Shown: positions 10,232 to 20,368, numbered from the stretch's first letter. The stretch: DNA of 52,086 bases from an uncultured Gemmatimonadaceae bacterium (GCA_964512165.1 CAZEHQ010000005.1:1-52086), one strand, 5' to 3'. Made by a program: numbers and translations. Notes: a model not told the origin generated them from the sequence alone.

Positions 10232-10666
10232 TTGACGACACGGACCTATTCCCCGAAAGGGGCCGAGATCGAGAACCGCTGGTACCTGGTCGATGCCGAG
10301 GGCAAAACCCTCGGCCGACTGGCGACCCGGATCGCCCATTACCTGCGGGGAAAGCACAAGCCTGCCTATACGCCTCACCACGATATGGGAGACCACATCG
10401 TGGTCATCAACGCCGAGAAGATCCGCGTCACGGGCAACAAGGCCGAGCAGAAGGTCTACTACCGGCACACCGGCTATCCCGGCGGCATCCGCACCACCAG
10501 CTTCGCCCAGATGATGGAGAAGCACCCGGAGCGCATTCTGCGCACGGCCGTCAGGGGGATGCTGCCCCGCACGCCCCTCGGTCGGCGCATGTTCAAGAAG
10601 CTGAGGGTCTACGTCGGCGGCGAGCACGGCCACGGGGCCCAGCAACCCGAAGTGCTCGACCTCTAG
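10232..10666 (+). CDS. rplM: 50S ribosomal protein L13
   Basis: [71 protein letters not shown] propose the in-frame TTG at 10232 as the start, because homologues begin about 10 residues before the WY(L/V)VDA motif. The start is uncertain. Confidence 0.85.
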   Translation: MTTRTYSPKGAEIENRWYLVDAEGKTLGRLATRIAHYLRGKHKPAYTPHHDMGDHIVVINAEKIRVTGNKAEQKVYYRHTGYPGGIRTTSFAQMMEKHPERILRTAVRGMLPRTPLGRRMFKKLRVYVGGEHGHGAQQPEVLDL

Positions 10667-10687
10667 GTCGGACCGCGTCGAGGAATC

Positions 10688-11083
10688 ATGGCTGAGGAAC
10701 ACAGGTTCGAAGCGACAGGACGCCGCAAGACCTCCGTGGCGAGAGTGCGGTTGCGCCCCGGGTCCGGGCAGATCCTGATCAACGGCCGCCGCGTCGAGGA
10801 CTACCTGAGGCGCGACGCTCTCGAGATGATCATGGTCCAGCCCTTGCAGGTGACGGAATCGCGCGACAAGTTCGACATCCACATCAGCAGCCAGGGTGGC
10901 GGCCTGCGCGGTCAGGCAGGCGCCATGTCCCTCGGAATCGCCCGTGCCCTGGTGGCGTACGACCCCACCATGCGGACGACGCTGAAGAAGGCCGGCTTCC
11001 TGACTCGCGATCCCCGCGAGAAGGAACGCAAGAAGTACGGGCTCGCCGGCGCCCGAAAGCGCTTCCAGTTCTCCAAGAGATAG
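10688..11083 (+). CDS. rpsI: 30S ribosomal protein S9
   Basis: ..ATGRRKTSVARVRLRPGSGQILINGR..GGGLRGQAGA..GIARAL..LTRDPREKERKKYGLAGARKRFQFSKR. Confidence 0.95.
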   Translation: MAEEHRFEATGRRKTSVARVRLRPGSGQILINGRRVEDYLRRDALEMIMVQPLQVTESRDKFDIHISSQGGGLRGQAGAMSLGIARALVAYDPTMRTTLKKAGFLTRDPREKERKKYGLAGARKRFQFSKR

Positions 11084-11142
11084 GCGCGCCGCAGGCGAGC
11101 CGGGTGGAAGCCTCAACCAGCTCCCCAGGAGACGACTCCTCC

Positions 11143-11901
11143 ATGACAGAAGTGAGCCTCCGCGATCTGCTCGAGGCGGGCACCCATTTCGGCCACCAGA
11201 CCCGCCGCTGGGATCCGAAGATGAAGCCCTTCATCTTCACCGAGCGGAACGGCATCCACATCGTCGATCTCAACAAGACCGTAAAGCGCCTTCAGGAGGC
11301 CACCGACGCCGTGCGCCGCACGGCGCAGCAGGGGCGGGCGGTGCTCTTCGTCGGCACCAAGAAGCAGGCCGTGGACGTCATCCGGTCCGAGGCCGAGCGT
11401 TGCGGCATGTTCTACGTCACCGAGCGCTGGCTCGGCGGCATGCTGACCAACTGGCAGACGATCCGGCAGAACATCCGCCACCTGGACCACCTCGACCGCA
11501 TCGCCAGCGACGGCACCTACGAGAAGCTCAAGAAGAAGGAGGTCCTGCTCCTGGAGAAGGAGCGGACCCGGATGGTCAGGACCCTGGAAGGGATCCGCAA
11601 GATGAACGGCATTCCGGGGCTCATCTACATCATCGACATCCGCAAGGAGCGGCTGGCCATGGCCGAGGCGCGCAAGCTCGGCATCCCCTCCGTGGCGATC
11701 GTCGACACCAACTGCGACCCCGAGGCGGTGACCTACCCGGTGCCCGGGAACGACGATGCCATCCGTTCGATCGAGCTCATCACGCGCGCCGTGGCAGACG
11801 CGGTCATCGAGGGGAGCGCCGCCGCCGACAAGGGCCGGGGCGCCCGTACCGAAGAAGACGAGCCGGCCGCAGCGCCCGCCGAAGCCGCGACCTCCGCCTG
11901 A
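11143..11901 (+). CDS. rpsB: 30S ribosomal protein S2
   Basis: LLEAGTHFGHQTRRWDPKMKPFIF.ERNGIHIVDL.KT..VLFVGTKKQA..YVTERWLGGMLTN..A.AEARKLGIP..AIVDTNCDP. Internal ATG at 11143 chosen as the start. Confidence 0.93.
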   Translation: MTEVSLRDLLEAGTHFGHQTRRWDPKMKPFIFTERNGIHIVDLNKTVKRLQEATDAVRRTAQQGRAVLFVGTKKQAVDVIRSEAERCGMFYVTERWLGGMLTNWQTIRQNIRHLDHLDRIASDGTYEKLKKKEVLLLEKERTRMVRTLEGIRKMNGIPGLIYIIDIRKERLAMAEARKLGIPSVAIVDTNCDPEAVTYPVPGNDDAIRSIELITRAVADAVIEGSAAADKGRGARTEEDEPAAAPAEAATSA

Positions 11902-11938
11902 GGGGCGTCCGGAGACTGGAAGGGAGGCAGGAACAACC

Positions 11939-12538
<600 letters not shown>

Positions 12539-12571
12539 GTCCGGAGCCTGCCGTCGACAGCGCCCGATGAC

Positions 12572-13132
12572 ATGGTAGAAGAGATCTTCGACGAGGTTCG
12601 GCAGGCGATGGAAAACGCCATCGCCGCCCTGTTGCGGGATCTCACCGGCATCCGCACGGGGCGCGCAACCGTCTCCCTTCTGGACGGGATCCGGATCGAC
12701 TACTACGGCACGCCTACACCCCTGAACCAGCTCGCCTCCATCAGCGCTCCGGAGCCGCGCCTGCTCACGGTCCGGCCCTACGAGCAGAGCCTTATCGATC
12801 CCGTTGAGAAGGCGATTCGCGCCGAGGCCTCCCTGGGCCTCAATCCCAGCAACGACGGCCAGATCATCCGCCTGCCGATCCCCGAACTGACCGAGGAGCG
12901 CCGGATCCAGTTGACCCGGGTCGCCCGAAACCGGGCCGAGGAGGGGCGGGTGGCGGTGCGCCACGCCCGACGGGACGGGCTGGACCTGATCGACGAGGCC
13001 AGGAAAGAGGGAGAGATCTCGGAGGACGAGGCCAGGCAGGGCCACGCCCGGATCCAGACCCTTACCGACGACTTCGTCAAGAAGGTGGACGAGACCATCA
13101 GGAACAAAGAGACGGAGATCATGGAGGTCTGA
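12572..13132 (+). CDS. frr: Ribosome-recycling factor
   Basis: ..L..IRTGRA..SLLD.I.IDYYG..TPLNQLA.IS.PE.R.L...P.....I..VEKAI..S.LGLNP..DG..IR..IPELTEERR. Confidence 0.93.
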   Translation: MVEEIFDEVRQAMENAIAALLRDLTGIRTGRATVSLLDGIRIDYYGTPTPLNQLASISAPEPRLLTVRPYEQSLIDPVEKAIRAEASLGLNPSNDGQIIRLPIPELTEERRIQLTRVARNRAEEGRVAVRHARRDGLDLIDEARKEGEISEDEARQGHARIQTLTDDFVKKVDETIRNKETEIMEV

Positions 13133-13158
13133 CCGGAGTCTGTCTTCGGCGGTCCCCG

Positions 13159-13189
13159 GGCGATGCGGCACCGCCGCGTCGCCCTTTTT
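13159..13189 (+). terminator. Rho-independent terminator after frr
   Basis: GGCGATGCGGC-ACC-GCCGCGTCGCC forms an 11-bp stem with one G:U pair, followed by CTTTTTG. It starts 27 nt after the frr stop. Confidence 0.6.
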
Positions 13190-13341
13190 GCGCTCGCAGG
13201 CGAGGACGGACAGGCTCGGGAGAGCCCGCAGAGATCACACATGAACGGGACCAGAGACAGCCTGGGGGAGGCGCAGGACGAGGGCAGCCACTGCGCGCTC
13301 TCGAGGTTCCCGAGAGTTGCAGCAGGCGAGGCCGCGTCGCC

Positions 13342-14226
13342 GTGATCGTCCCTCTCCTGCGGTCTGCGAGGCCCCGGCAGTGGGTGAAGAACCTGTTCGT
13401 TCTCGCCGCTCTCGTGTTCTCCGGGCACCTCCTCGATGCAGACTTCGCGCTCACCGCCCTGGCGGCGGCCGCGGCCTTCCTGCTCAGCAGCGCCTCCGTG
13501 TACCTGATCAACGATGTGACGGACGCGCATCGTGACCGGCTGCATCCGCAAAAGGCCCGGCGCCCCGTGGCCAGCGGCGCTCTCCCCCCCAGGTTGGCCG
13601 TTTCGGCGGCGGGGGTGCTCCTGTTGGGGAGCCTCTAGGGGTCCTGGTTCCTGCAGCCCTCTTTCACTGCCGTCCTCGCCATATACGCGGCCCTCAACCT
13701 CGCCTACTCCCTCGGGCTCAAGGACGCCTTCCTGGTGGACATTCTGATCGTGGCCGCCGGGTTCTTCCTCCGGGCCGTGGGCGGCGCCGTGGCCATCGAC
13801 GTGGCCATCTCCACCTGGTTCATCCTCTGCACCTGCACCCTCACCCTGTTCCTGGCCGCCGCCAAACGCCGCGGCGAGCTCGACCTGTTGCGGGAGGAGG
13901 CGGCCGGCCATCGACCGGCCCTGGCGGCGTACGGGATCCCCTTCCTCGACCAGGTCATCGGAGTGCTGGCGTCGGCGACCATCGTCTGCTACGCCTTGTA
14001 CGCAACCGGAGTTGGCGAGGGGGGACTCTCCGCCGGTCACCGGATGCAATGGACGATTCCCCTGGTGCTCTACGGGGTGCTGCGCTACCTCTATCTCGTG
14101 CACCGCAACGAGGCCGGAGGGGACCCGACGGCCCTGTTGTGGCGCGACCGGCCCCTGCAGGTCGCCCTGGCCCTGTGGGCAGGGCTCAGCCTGGCCCTGC
14201 TGTATGCGGTGGAACCGGGCGGATGA
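13342..14226 (+). pseudogene. UbiA-family prenyl/phosphoribosyl transferase (decaprenyl-phosphate phosphoribosyltransferase-like) interrupted by an in-frame TAG at 13636-13638
   Basis: ORFs 13342-13638 and 13735-14226 are in the same frame. Read-through gives one continuous multi-TM UbiA protein (..RPRQWVKNLFV..YLINDVTDAHRDRLHP..LLGSL*GSWFLQPS..YSLGLKD..GFFLRAVGGA..). The Asp-rich motif lies upstream of the stop and the remaining helices lie downstream. Confidence 0.7.
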
Positions 14227-14332
14227 AGGTCCTCCGGGCGCTCTTGACGGCCGCCCCGCGGCTCGTCAGAATCAGATGTCCGGCGCGCGGGACCGACCTG
14301 CTCCGGCCCCACGCGACGCCCGCCGTCCCGCC

Positions 14333-15511
14333 ATGAACCCTGACGCTTCCAACCAACCGTCCCCTCGCGGACAGATCCCGGAGCCGAGGCCCCTCCTCTC
14401 CCGCCTCAGCCCCCGCCGGCACGTCATCGGCCGGCTGCACACCGTCGATGTCGGCGTCGACGGCAAGCGGGACTGGGACCTGCATGTGCACGATGACAGG
14501 TTCTATGGCCGGGTGCTGCGCGCCGGCACCCTGGGCATGGGCGAGAGCTACATGGACGGATGGTGGGACTGCCGCCGTCTCGACGAGATGATCCACCGGA
14601 TCCTGCGGGGCGACCTGAAGGAGAGCGCCATCGGCTGGACCCGGGTCAGAGCCAGCCTGCGGGCTTCCCTCGTGAACCTGCAGAGCGTCTCCCGCGCCTT
14701 CCAGGTGGGGCAGCGCCACTACGACATCGGCGAGGACCTCTTCCGCCGCATGCTCGACCAACGCATGATCTACAGCTGTGGGTACTGGAACGAGGCCGAT
14801 GACCTCGACGCCGCCCAGGAGGCCAAGCTCGACCTCATCTGCCGGAAGCTCGGTCTGCAGCCGGGCATGAAGGTGCTCGACATCGGCTGCGGCTGGGGGG
14901 GGACGCTGCAGTATGCCGCCGAGCGCTACGGCGTCGAAGGCGTGGGCGTCACCATCTCACGGGACCAGGCGGAGCATGCGCGCCGGCGGTGCGGCGATCT
15001 GCCGATCGAGATCCGGCTCCAGGACTACCGCGAGTTGGAGGGGCCCTTCGACCGCGTCCTGTCCGTAGGCATGTTCGAGCACGTGGGCGTGAGGAACTAC
15101 CGGGTCTTCATGCAGGTCGTGCGCCGCTGTCTCGACGCGGACGGGCTGTTTCTGCTGCACACCATCGGCAGCAACCGTACGAAACTGGCCGGCGACGTCT
15201 GGATCGACCGCTACATCTTTCCGAATGCGAAGCTGCCTTCCGTCCGACAGATCGCCGAGGCGGCGGAAGGCCTGTTCGTTCACGAGGACTGGCACAACAT
15301 CGGCGCCAGCTACGATCCCACCCTGATGGCCTGGCACGCCAACCTGGAGCCCCGCTGGGACGAGATTCCGAACTACGACGAACGGTTCAGACGGATGTGG
15401 CGTTACTACCTGCTCGCCTGCGCCGGATCCTTCCGGGCGCGGGCGAACCAGGTGTGGCAGGTCGTGCTGTCACCGGGGGGCATGACCGGCGGGTACCGGG
15501 CGCAGCGCTGA
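14333..15511 (+). CDS. cfa: Cyclopropane-fatty-acyl-phospholipid synthase-family SAM methyltransferase
   Basis: ..HYDIGEDLFRRMLDQRMIYSCGYW..LDLICRKLGL.PGMKVLDIGCGWGG..YGV.GVGVTIS..Q......IE..LQDYR...G.FD...SVGMFEHVG..NY..F.. ATG at 14333 sits inside the longer ORF. Confidence 0.85.
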   Translation: MNPDASNQPSPRGQIPEPRPLLSRLSPRRHVIGRLHTVDVGVDGKRDWDLHVHDDRFYGRVLRAGTLGMGESYMDGWWDCRRLDEMIHRILRGDLKESAIGWTRVRASLRASLVNLQSVSRAFQVGQRHYDIGEDLFRRMLDQRMIYSCGYWNEADDLDAAQEAKLDLICRKLGLQPGMKVLDIGCGWGGTLQYAAERYGVEGVGVTISRDQAEHARRRCGDLPIEIRLQDYRELEGPFDRVLSVGMFEHVGVRNYRVFMQVVRRCLDADGLFLLHTIGSNRTKLAGDVWIDRYIFPNAKLPSVRQIAEAAEGLFVHEDWHNIGASYDPTLMAWHANLEPRWDEIPNYDERFRRMWRYYLLACAGSFRARANQVWQVVLSPGGMTGGYRAQR

Positions 15512-15550
15512 ACGGCGGCGGTCCCCTGTCGCCGATGCGAGGCCTGGGAG

Positions 15551-15626
15551 TGGTGGAGCAGATCGGGATCGAACCGACGACCTCAGGCTTGCAAAGCCCG
15601 CGCTCTCCCAACTGAGCTACTGCCCC
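15551..15626 (-). tRNA. tRNA-Ala (anticodon UGC), CCA encoded
   Basis: The reverse complement is GGGGCAGTAGCTCAGTTGGGAGAGCGCGGGCTTTGCAAGCCTGAGGTCGTCGGTTCGATCCCGATCTGCTCCACCA. It is 76 nt with a cloverleaf, a G3:U70 identity pair, anticodon loop TTTGCAA and T-loop GGTTCGATCC. Confidence 0.95.
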
Positions 15627-15752
15627 GTCCGGCTTGCCGTATTCGACAATAGCCATGGGTGCGGAGAGCGTCAATCTGGACCGGGGCGCCGGGACGAACG
15701 AAGGTTCGCATGCGGGGGCCAGGCCTGACTTGCCGCGCCCCCGCTGCGCTCC

Positions 15753-16178
15753 TCAGGCCGCCAGTTCGAGCTCTTCGCCCTCCTCCTCGGCGACCTCCTC
15801 GGCCACGTCCTGAACGTCTCCGTTGACGGCGGAAGCGCGCTCGAGGATCTGCAGGTTGCGCACCTGCACCTCGACGATGGTGTGGGAGTTCTCCTCCTCG
15901 TCCCGCCAACTGTTGCTCTTCAGGCGTCCGCTGAGGAACACGGGGGTGCCCTTGTGCAGTCGGTCGGCCATGCGTTCGGCGAGCTGCCCCCACATGACGA
16001 TCTGGAAGAACGAGGCCTCGTCCTGCCACTCGTCGTTGCGGTCGCGATATGCGCGGTTGACGGCGATTCGAGCCGTGAGCCGGCCGAACCCGCCTTCGGT
16101 GATTCGGAACTCCGGATCCTGCGTCAACCGGCCGGCAAGGGCAACCTGGTTGATGGACGGCATCTTCAAGTCGGACAT
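15753..16178 (-). CDS. ssb: Single-stranded DNA-binding protein (OB fold) with a non-canonical C-terminus
   Basis: INQVALAGRLTQDPEFR......ARIAVNR.Y.DRN.EWQDE.SFF.IV.WG.LAE.....L.KG..V...GRL....W.D.....H..VEV. The acidic tail ends ..EEEGEELELAA rather than D-D-D-I-P-F. Confidence 0.8.
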   Translation of the reverse strand: MSDLKMPSINQVALAGRLTQDPEFRITEGGFGRLTARIAVNRAYRDRNDEWQDEASFFQIVMWGQLAERMADRLHKGTPVFLSGRLKSNSWRDEEENSHTIVEVQVRNLQILERASAVNGDVQDVAEEVAEEEGEELELAA

Positions 16179-16453
16179 GACATCCCTCCAAGTGGTGGTG
16201 GTGGGGACAGGTCGAGCGGGAAGGCCGACCCGTGAACGGACCCTGGTGATGCACGACTCGTGCCAGGGTGGGTCGACGGTTCCACCTCGTTGGACCGCAG
16301 TCGACTACGACCTCATGCTCCCGCCCGGGGCGGGCGGGCGTGTGGCCTGACGGTGACAGCCCCGGGAACCGTGGCACCCGCTGGCATCCGCGGGGGAGGC
16401 CGCCGCCATGCCGGCCGATTGTCCCGTACCTGGCGGCTCGTTAGATTCCGCCC

Positions 16454-18541
16454 GTGACCGCCGGCTCCCCATCCTCTGTCCGCCCCAACCGTCTTTCCCG
16501 CGAGACCAGTCCCTACCTGCAGCAGCATGCCCACAACCCCGTGGACTGGTTCCCATGGGGGGATGAGGCTCTGGATCTGGCCCGGCGACAGGACCGGCCG
16601 ATCCTGTTGTCGGTGGGATACTCCGCCTGCCACTGGTGCCACGTGATGGAACGCGAGTCCTTCGAGAACGCGGCCATCGCGGCCCTGATGAACCGGCACT
16701 TCGTCAACATCAAGGTCGACCGCGAGGAGCGTCCCGAGGTCGACGAGATCTACATGGCGGCGGTGCAGGCCATGACCGGCAGCGGCGGCTGGCCCATGAC
16801 CGTCTTCCTCACCCCCGACCTGCGGCCGTTCTTCGGCGGCACCTACTTCCCCCCCGACGACCGCTACGGGCGCCCCGGATTCGGGCGGGTTCTGGAGGCT
16901 GTGGCGGCGCATTACAGCGATCACCGGGATCGCGTCGAGGAGAGGGCCGCCGAGTTGCGCCGGTTCCTGGTGCAGAACGCGGCTCCACTGGCACGGTCGG
17001 GGGCGATCGCCGACGGCCTCGTGGAGGCCGCCGTCCGCCAGCTGGTGCGAGATCACGACGAGACCCATGGAGGGTTCAGCACCCAGGGCCCCAAGTTCCC
17101 CAACAGCGGCGGGCTCTCCCTGCTCCTGCGCCACTGGAGCGACGGTGGCGGGGGGGCGGCCCTGGAGGCCGCCGCCCACACCCTGACGCAGATGGCTCGC
17201 GGCGGCATCTACGACCACCTCGGCGGCGGTTTCCACCGCTATTCCGTCGACGAGCGCTGGCTCGTCCCGCACTTCGAGAAGATGCTCTACGACAATGCCC
17301 TGCTGGTGCCGGTCTACCTCGATGCCTGGCAGGCCACGGGAACCGATCTCTACGATTGCGTCGCCCGCGAGACCCTGGACTACGTCATCCGGGAGATGAC
17401 CACGCCCGAGGGGGGTTACTGCGCGACCCAGGACGCCGACTCGGAAGGCGAGGAGGGTCGGTTCTTCGTGTGGACGCCGGAGCAGGTGGAGGAGGTGATC
17501 GAGGACGAGGAGACGGCGCGCCTGTTCTGCCGTACCTACGACGTGACGCCGGAGGGCAACTTCGAGGGCCGCAGCATCCTCCATCTCTCCTCGGAGCCCG
17601 AGGAGCTGGCCCGCTTCCTCGGTGTCGATCCACGGCGGCTGGCGTCGGCCACTTCGGCGGCCAGGGCTGCCTTGTTCGAGGCGCGCCGTCGGCGGGTGGC
17701 CCCGGACCGGGACGACAAGGTGATCGCCTCGTGGAACGGCCTGATGATCGGCGCCATGGCCCGCGGCGCCCAGGTCCTGGGGGTCCCGGCCTACCTGGAC
17801 TCGGCGCGCCGGGCGGCCCGCTTCATCCTCGACGGCATGGTCCCGGAGGGCCGGCTGCTGCACGTGTACAAGGACGGCGAGGCCCGCATCGCCGCCTGCC
17901 AGGACGACTACGCCGCCCTGGTGGCCGGCCTCGTGGACCTCTACGAGGCGACCTTCGAGGCGGGCTGGCTCCTCGAGGCCACCACCCTCGCGAGGGCGAT
18001 GATCGAACGCTTCTGGGATCCCGACGAGGGCGGGTTCTTCTTCGTCGACGCCGGCCGCGGGGACCTCCTCGTGCGCACGAAGAACCCCTTCGATGGAGCG
18101 ACCCCTGCCGGCAATTCGCTGGCGGTCCTGGCCCTTCTGCGCCTGGGCACCCTCACCGGCGAGGCCGACTTCCTCCGCTGCGCCGAGGAGACCCTCCATC
18201 TCTACGCACGGCTCCTCGAGCGGTCTCCGGGGGCCTGTCCCTTCATGGCCTGCGCCCTGCACCAGTTCCGCCGGGGCGCCGTGGAGGTCACGGTGGTTGG
18301 CGCGGAGGAGTCCCGCCGTCCCTTCGTCGAGGCCGCCAATCGGCCGTACCTGCCGACCCGCGTGCTTTCGGGAGGAGACGGGGTCGCGGCCCCGGCGGAG
18401 GCCGTCGTCCCGGCCCTGGCCGAGCGCCGCCCCGGCGCCGCTGGGGAGGCCCGTGCCTATGTCTGCCGCGATTCGGTCTGCTCCGCTCCCGTGGAGGACG
18501 TGACCGAACTCACCCGCCTCCTCGCCGAGAGAGATGGCTGA
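16454..18541 (+). CDS. Thioredoxin-domain (DUF255/YyaL-like) protein with a C-terminal alpha/alpha-toroid region
   Basis: N-terminus [30 protein letters not shown]...[26 protein letters not shown] is diagnostic for the YyaL/SPATA20 family. GTG start. Confidence 0.85.
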   Translation: MTAGSPSSVRPNRLSRETSPYLQQHAHNPVDWFPWGDEALDLARRQDRPILLSVGYSACHWCHVMERESFENAAIAALMNRHFVNIKVDREERPEVDEIYMAAVQAMTGSGGWPMTVFLTPDLRPFFGGTYFPPDDRYGRPGFGRVLEAVAAHYSDHRDRVEERAAELRRFLVQNAAPLARSGAIADGLVEAAVRQLVRDHDETHGGFSTQGPKFPNSGGLSLLLRHWSDGGGGAALEAAAHTLTQMARGGIYDHLGGGFHRYSVDERWLVPHFEKMLYDNALLVPVYLDAWQATGTDLYDCVARETLDYVIREMTTPEGGYCATQDADSEGEEGRFFVWTPEQVEEVIEDEETARLFCRTYDVTPEGNFEGRSILHLSSEPEELARFLGVDPRRLASATSAARAALFEARRRRVAPDRDDKVIASWNGLMIGAMARGAQVLGVPAYLDSARRAARFILDGMVPEGRLLHVYKDGEARIAACQDDYAALVAGLVDLYEATFEAGWLLEATTLARAMIERFWDPDEGGFFFVDAGRGDLLVRTKNPFDGATPAGNSLAVLALLRLGTLTGEADFLRCAEETLHLYARLLERSPGACPFMACALHQFRRGAVEVTVVGAEESRRPFVEAANRPYLPTRVLSGGDGVAAPAEAVVPALAERRPGAAGEARAYVCRDSVCSAPVEDVTELTRLLAERDG

Positions 18542-19487
18542 GGGCAGGGTCGTCACCTCGATCCTCGACACGGTCGGGGACACGCCCATGGTGCCCCTGC
18601 GCCGCATGGCCCCGCACGGGAGCGCCCGGATCCTGTGCAAGCTGGAGGCCCTCAACCCGGCTGGCAGCGTGAAGGACCGCATCGGTCTGAGCATGATCCG
18701 CGCCGCCGAGGGCGACGGACGCCTCAAGCCGGGCATGAGAATCGTGGAGCCCACCAGCGGCAACACGGGGATCGCCCTCGCCATGGTTGCAGCCGCCCTC
18801 GGGTACGACCTCGTGCTGACCATGCCCGACCACATGAGCGAGGAGCGCATCTCGGTGATGGCGGCGTACGGCGCCCGAATCGAGTTGACGCCCGCCGCCC
18901 AGGACATGGCGGGAGCCATCGACCGGGCCGAGGAGATCGTCGCCGCCGATCCCGCGGGCTCCTTCATGCCGCAGCAGTTCGGCAATCCCGCCAACCCCGA
19001 TGTTCACAGACGAACGACGGCCCGGGAGATCCTCGAGGCCCTGGACGGCCGGATCGACGCCTTCGTCGCTGGTGTCGGGACGGGCGGGACCATCAGTGGC
19101 GTCGGCGGCGTCCTCCGCCAGGAGCTGGGACCGGCGCTGCGCATCGTGGCTGTCGAGCCCGCCCGCTCCCCCGTGCTGTCCGGGGGCGAGGCGGGGATCC
19201 ACGGCATCCAGGGGATCGGCGCCGGGTTCGTGCCGGAGGTGCTCGATCGTTCGGTGATCGACGAGGTGATCACCGTCGAGGACGAGGAGGCCTTTCTCCA
19301 GACCCGGCGCCTGGCGCGCGAGGAAGGTCTGCTCGTGGGGCCCTCCTCTGGAGCCAATGTCGCCACGGCGCTGCGGGTGGGGCTCGAGCTGGGAGAGGGG
19401 GCCGCCGTCGTCACCGTGCTGTGCGACACGGGATTCCGCTATTTCAGCGTCGACGGCTTCGTCGGCGAGTCCGACGGCACCGCCTGA
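18534..19487 (+). CDS. cysK: Cysteine synthase (O-acetylserine sulfhydrylase, CysK/CysM family)
   Basis: ..[72 protein letters not shown]. The ATG overlaps the upstream stop by 8 nt. Confidence 0.9.
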   Translation: MAEGRVVTSILDTVGDTPMVPLRRMAPHGSARILCKLEALNPAGSVKDRIGLSMIRAAEGDGRLKPGMRIVEPTSGNTGIALAMVAAALGYDLVLTMPDHMSEERISVMAAYGARIELTPAAQDMAGAIDRAEEIVAADPAGSFMPQQFGNPANPDVHRRTTAREILEALDGRIDAFVAGVGTGGTISGVGGVLRQELGPALRIVAVEPARSPVLSGGEAGIHGIQGIGAGFVPEVLDRSVIDEVITVEDEEAFLQTRRLAREEGLLVGPSSGANVATALRVGLELGEGAAVVTVLCDTGFRYFSVDGFVGESDGTA

Positions 19488-19496
19488 GGGCTCGCG

Positions 19497-19525
19497 TTGA
19501 CACTCCCGCGGGGGCTGGTTACATT
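19497..19525 (+). promoter_or_regulatory. Candidate sigma70 promoter upstream of the merR-like gene
   Basis: TTGACA (19497-19502), a 17-nt spacer, then TACATT (19520-19525). It is bracketed by the inverted hexamers CTCGCG (19491-19496) and CGCGAG (19528-19533). Confidence 0.45.
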
Positions 19526-19574
19526 CGCGCGAGAGTCGAATAGAAACAACCTCTTGGCAGTCCCTGGACCCACA

Positions 19575-20036
19575 ATGCAGATCGGTGACTTGGCCGCGCG
19601 CGCAGGTGTCTCGACGCGGACCCTCCGCTACTACGAGGAGCTCGGGATCATCGAGCCCGTGGCGCGGACCAACGGCGGCTTCAGGCGTTACGGCGCCGAC
19701 CAGTTGCGCCGGTTGCAGATCATCCAGGGCCTCAAGGCTCTGGGTTTCGAGCTCGAGCAGGTGCGCCGGTTGTTCTCAGTGCGCGAGACGGCCGAGACCG
19801 GCGGCGACCTGGCATGTCAGATGATCGATCTCCTCCAGGGGCAGCAGGAGGAGATCGACCGACGGATCGCCCAGTACGAGGAGATGAAGGAGCGGAACCT
19901 GCGCGGTATCGAAGTGCTGCGCGGATGTCTCCTCTGCGAGATTCCGGTCTTCGAGCGTGATTGCCAGAACTGCGAGACCTACCGATGTCACGAGGATGTC
20001 CCCGACCTCGTGGAGTACGCCATCTTCCGACGCTGA
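19575..20036 (+). CDS. MerR-family transcriptional regulator with a C-terminal five-cysteine module
   Basis: The MerR HTH is MQIGDLAARAGVSTRTLRYYEELGII.P..R...G.R.Y. This is followed by a coiled dimerisation helix and then LRGCLLCEIPVFERDCQNCETYRCHE (CxxC-x10-CxxC-x4-C). Confidence 0.8.
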   Translation: MQIGDLAARAGVSTRTLRYYEELGIIEPVARTNGGFRRYGADQLRRLQIIQGLKALGFELEQVRRLFSVRETAETGGDLACQMIDLLQGQQEEIDRRIAQYEEMKERNLRGIEVLRGCLLCEIPVFERDCQNCETYRCHEDVPDLVEYAIFRR

Positions 20037-20044
20037 CCAAGCCG

Positions 20045-20368
20045 ATGATCACCGTTTCCGACGAAGCCGCTGAGAAGATCCGGAGCCTTCTGACCAGGGA
20101 GGGCACCCCGGGGCGCGGCCTGCGCGTGGCGGTCCGGGGAGGCGGGTGCTCGGGCTTTCAGTACCAGCTCGATTTCGAAGAGGCGGCCGGCGACATGGAC
20201 CAGGTCATCGAGTCAAAGGGTGTCCGTATCTTCGTCGATCCCAAGAGCAGCCTCTACCTCAACGGTGTGATCCTGCGTTACGACGACGGTCTGATGGGGG
20301 CAGGTTTCCAGGTGGAAAACCCCAACGCCCGGACCACCTGCGGCTGTGGCGAGTCCTTCTCCGTCTGA
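20045..20368 (+). CDS. A-type Fe-S cluster carrier (IscA/ErpA/HesB family)
   Basis: MITVSDEAAEKI..L......GLRV.V.GGGCSGFQY.L.F........D......GV.I.VD..S...L.G..L.Y.....G.GF...NPNA...CGCGESF. Confidence 0.9.
   Translation: MITVSDEAAEKIRSLLTREGTPGRGLRVAVRGGGCSGFQYQLDFEEAAGDMDQVIESKGVRIFVDPKSSLYLNGVILRYDDGLMGAGFQVENPNARTTCGCGESFSV

Noticed and set aside
13636-13638. The in-frame TAG in the UbiA-family gene as evidence for genome-wide stop-codon reassignment or pyrrolysine.
   Set aside because: TAG terminates at least seven well-supported genes in this window (pyrC, the hydrolase at 6550-6552, rplM, rpsI, murF, purE and the MBL gene). A global sense reading is therefore not supported. I kept it as a local pseudogene/error/read-through question.
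15699-15745. Inverted repeat GCGGGGGC...GCCCCCGC downstream of ssb (minus strand) as an intrinsic terminator.
   Set aside because: It has an 8-bp stem with a loop of about 17 nt and no following U-tract on the transcribed strand. The evidence is too weak to annotate.
16372-16386. TGGCAC-CCGC-TGGCA upstream of the YyaL-like gene, and TGGAAG-N5-TGCC at about 36737-36752 upstream of glnB, as sigma54 (-24/-12) promoters.
   Set aside because: In both cases the GG-to-GC spacing is 11 nt rather than the required 12 (TGGCACG-N4-TTGC). The -12 element is not TTGC either. This is a chance resemblance in GC-rich DNA.
16313-18994. Very long antisense ORFs: 16313-18994 (893 aa), 21219-24167 (982 aa), 25354-27684 (776 aa), 31596-33905 (769 aa), 36986-40006 (1006 aa), 44863-47274 (803 aa) and 49837-52062 (741 aa). 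Many long alternative-frame plus-strand ORFs show the same pattern.
   Set aside because: Each lies opposite, or out of frame with, a gene whose product has unmistakable family motifs (YyaL/cysK, iscS to mraZ, ftsI, murC/ftsQ, glnE, MBL/DUF547, korA). Their translations are low-complexity Arg/Pro/Gly/Ala strings with no motifs. Stop-codon depletion at about 70% GC explains them.
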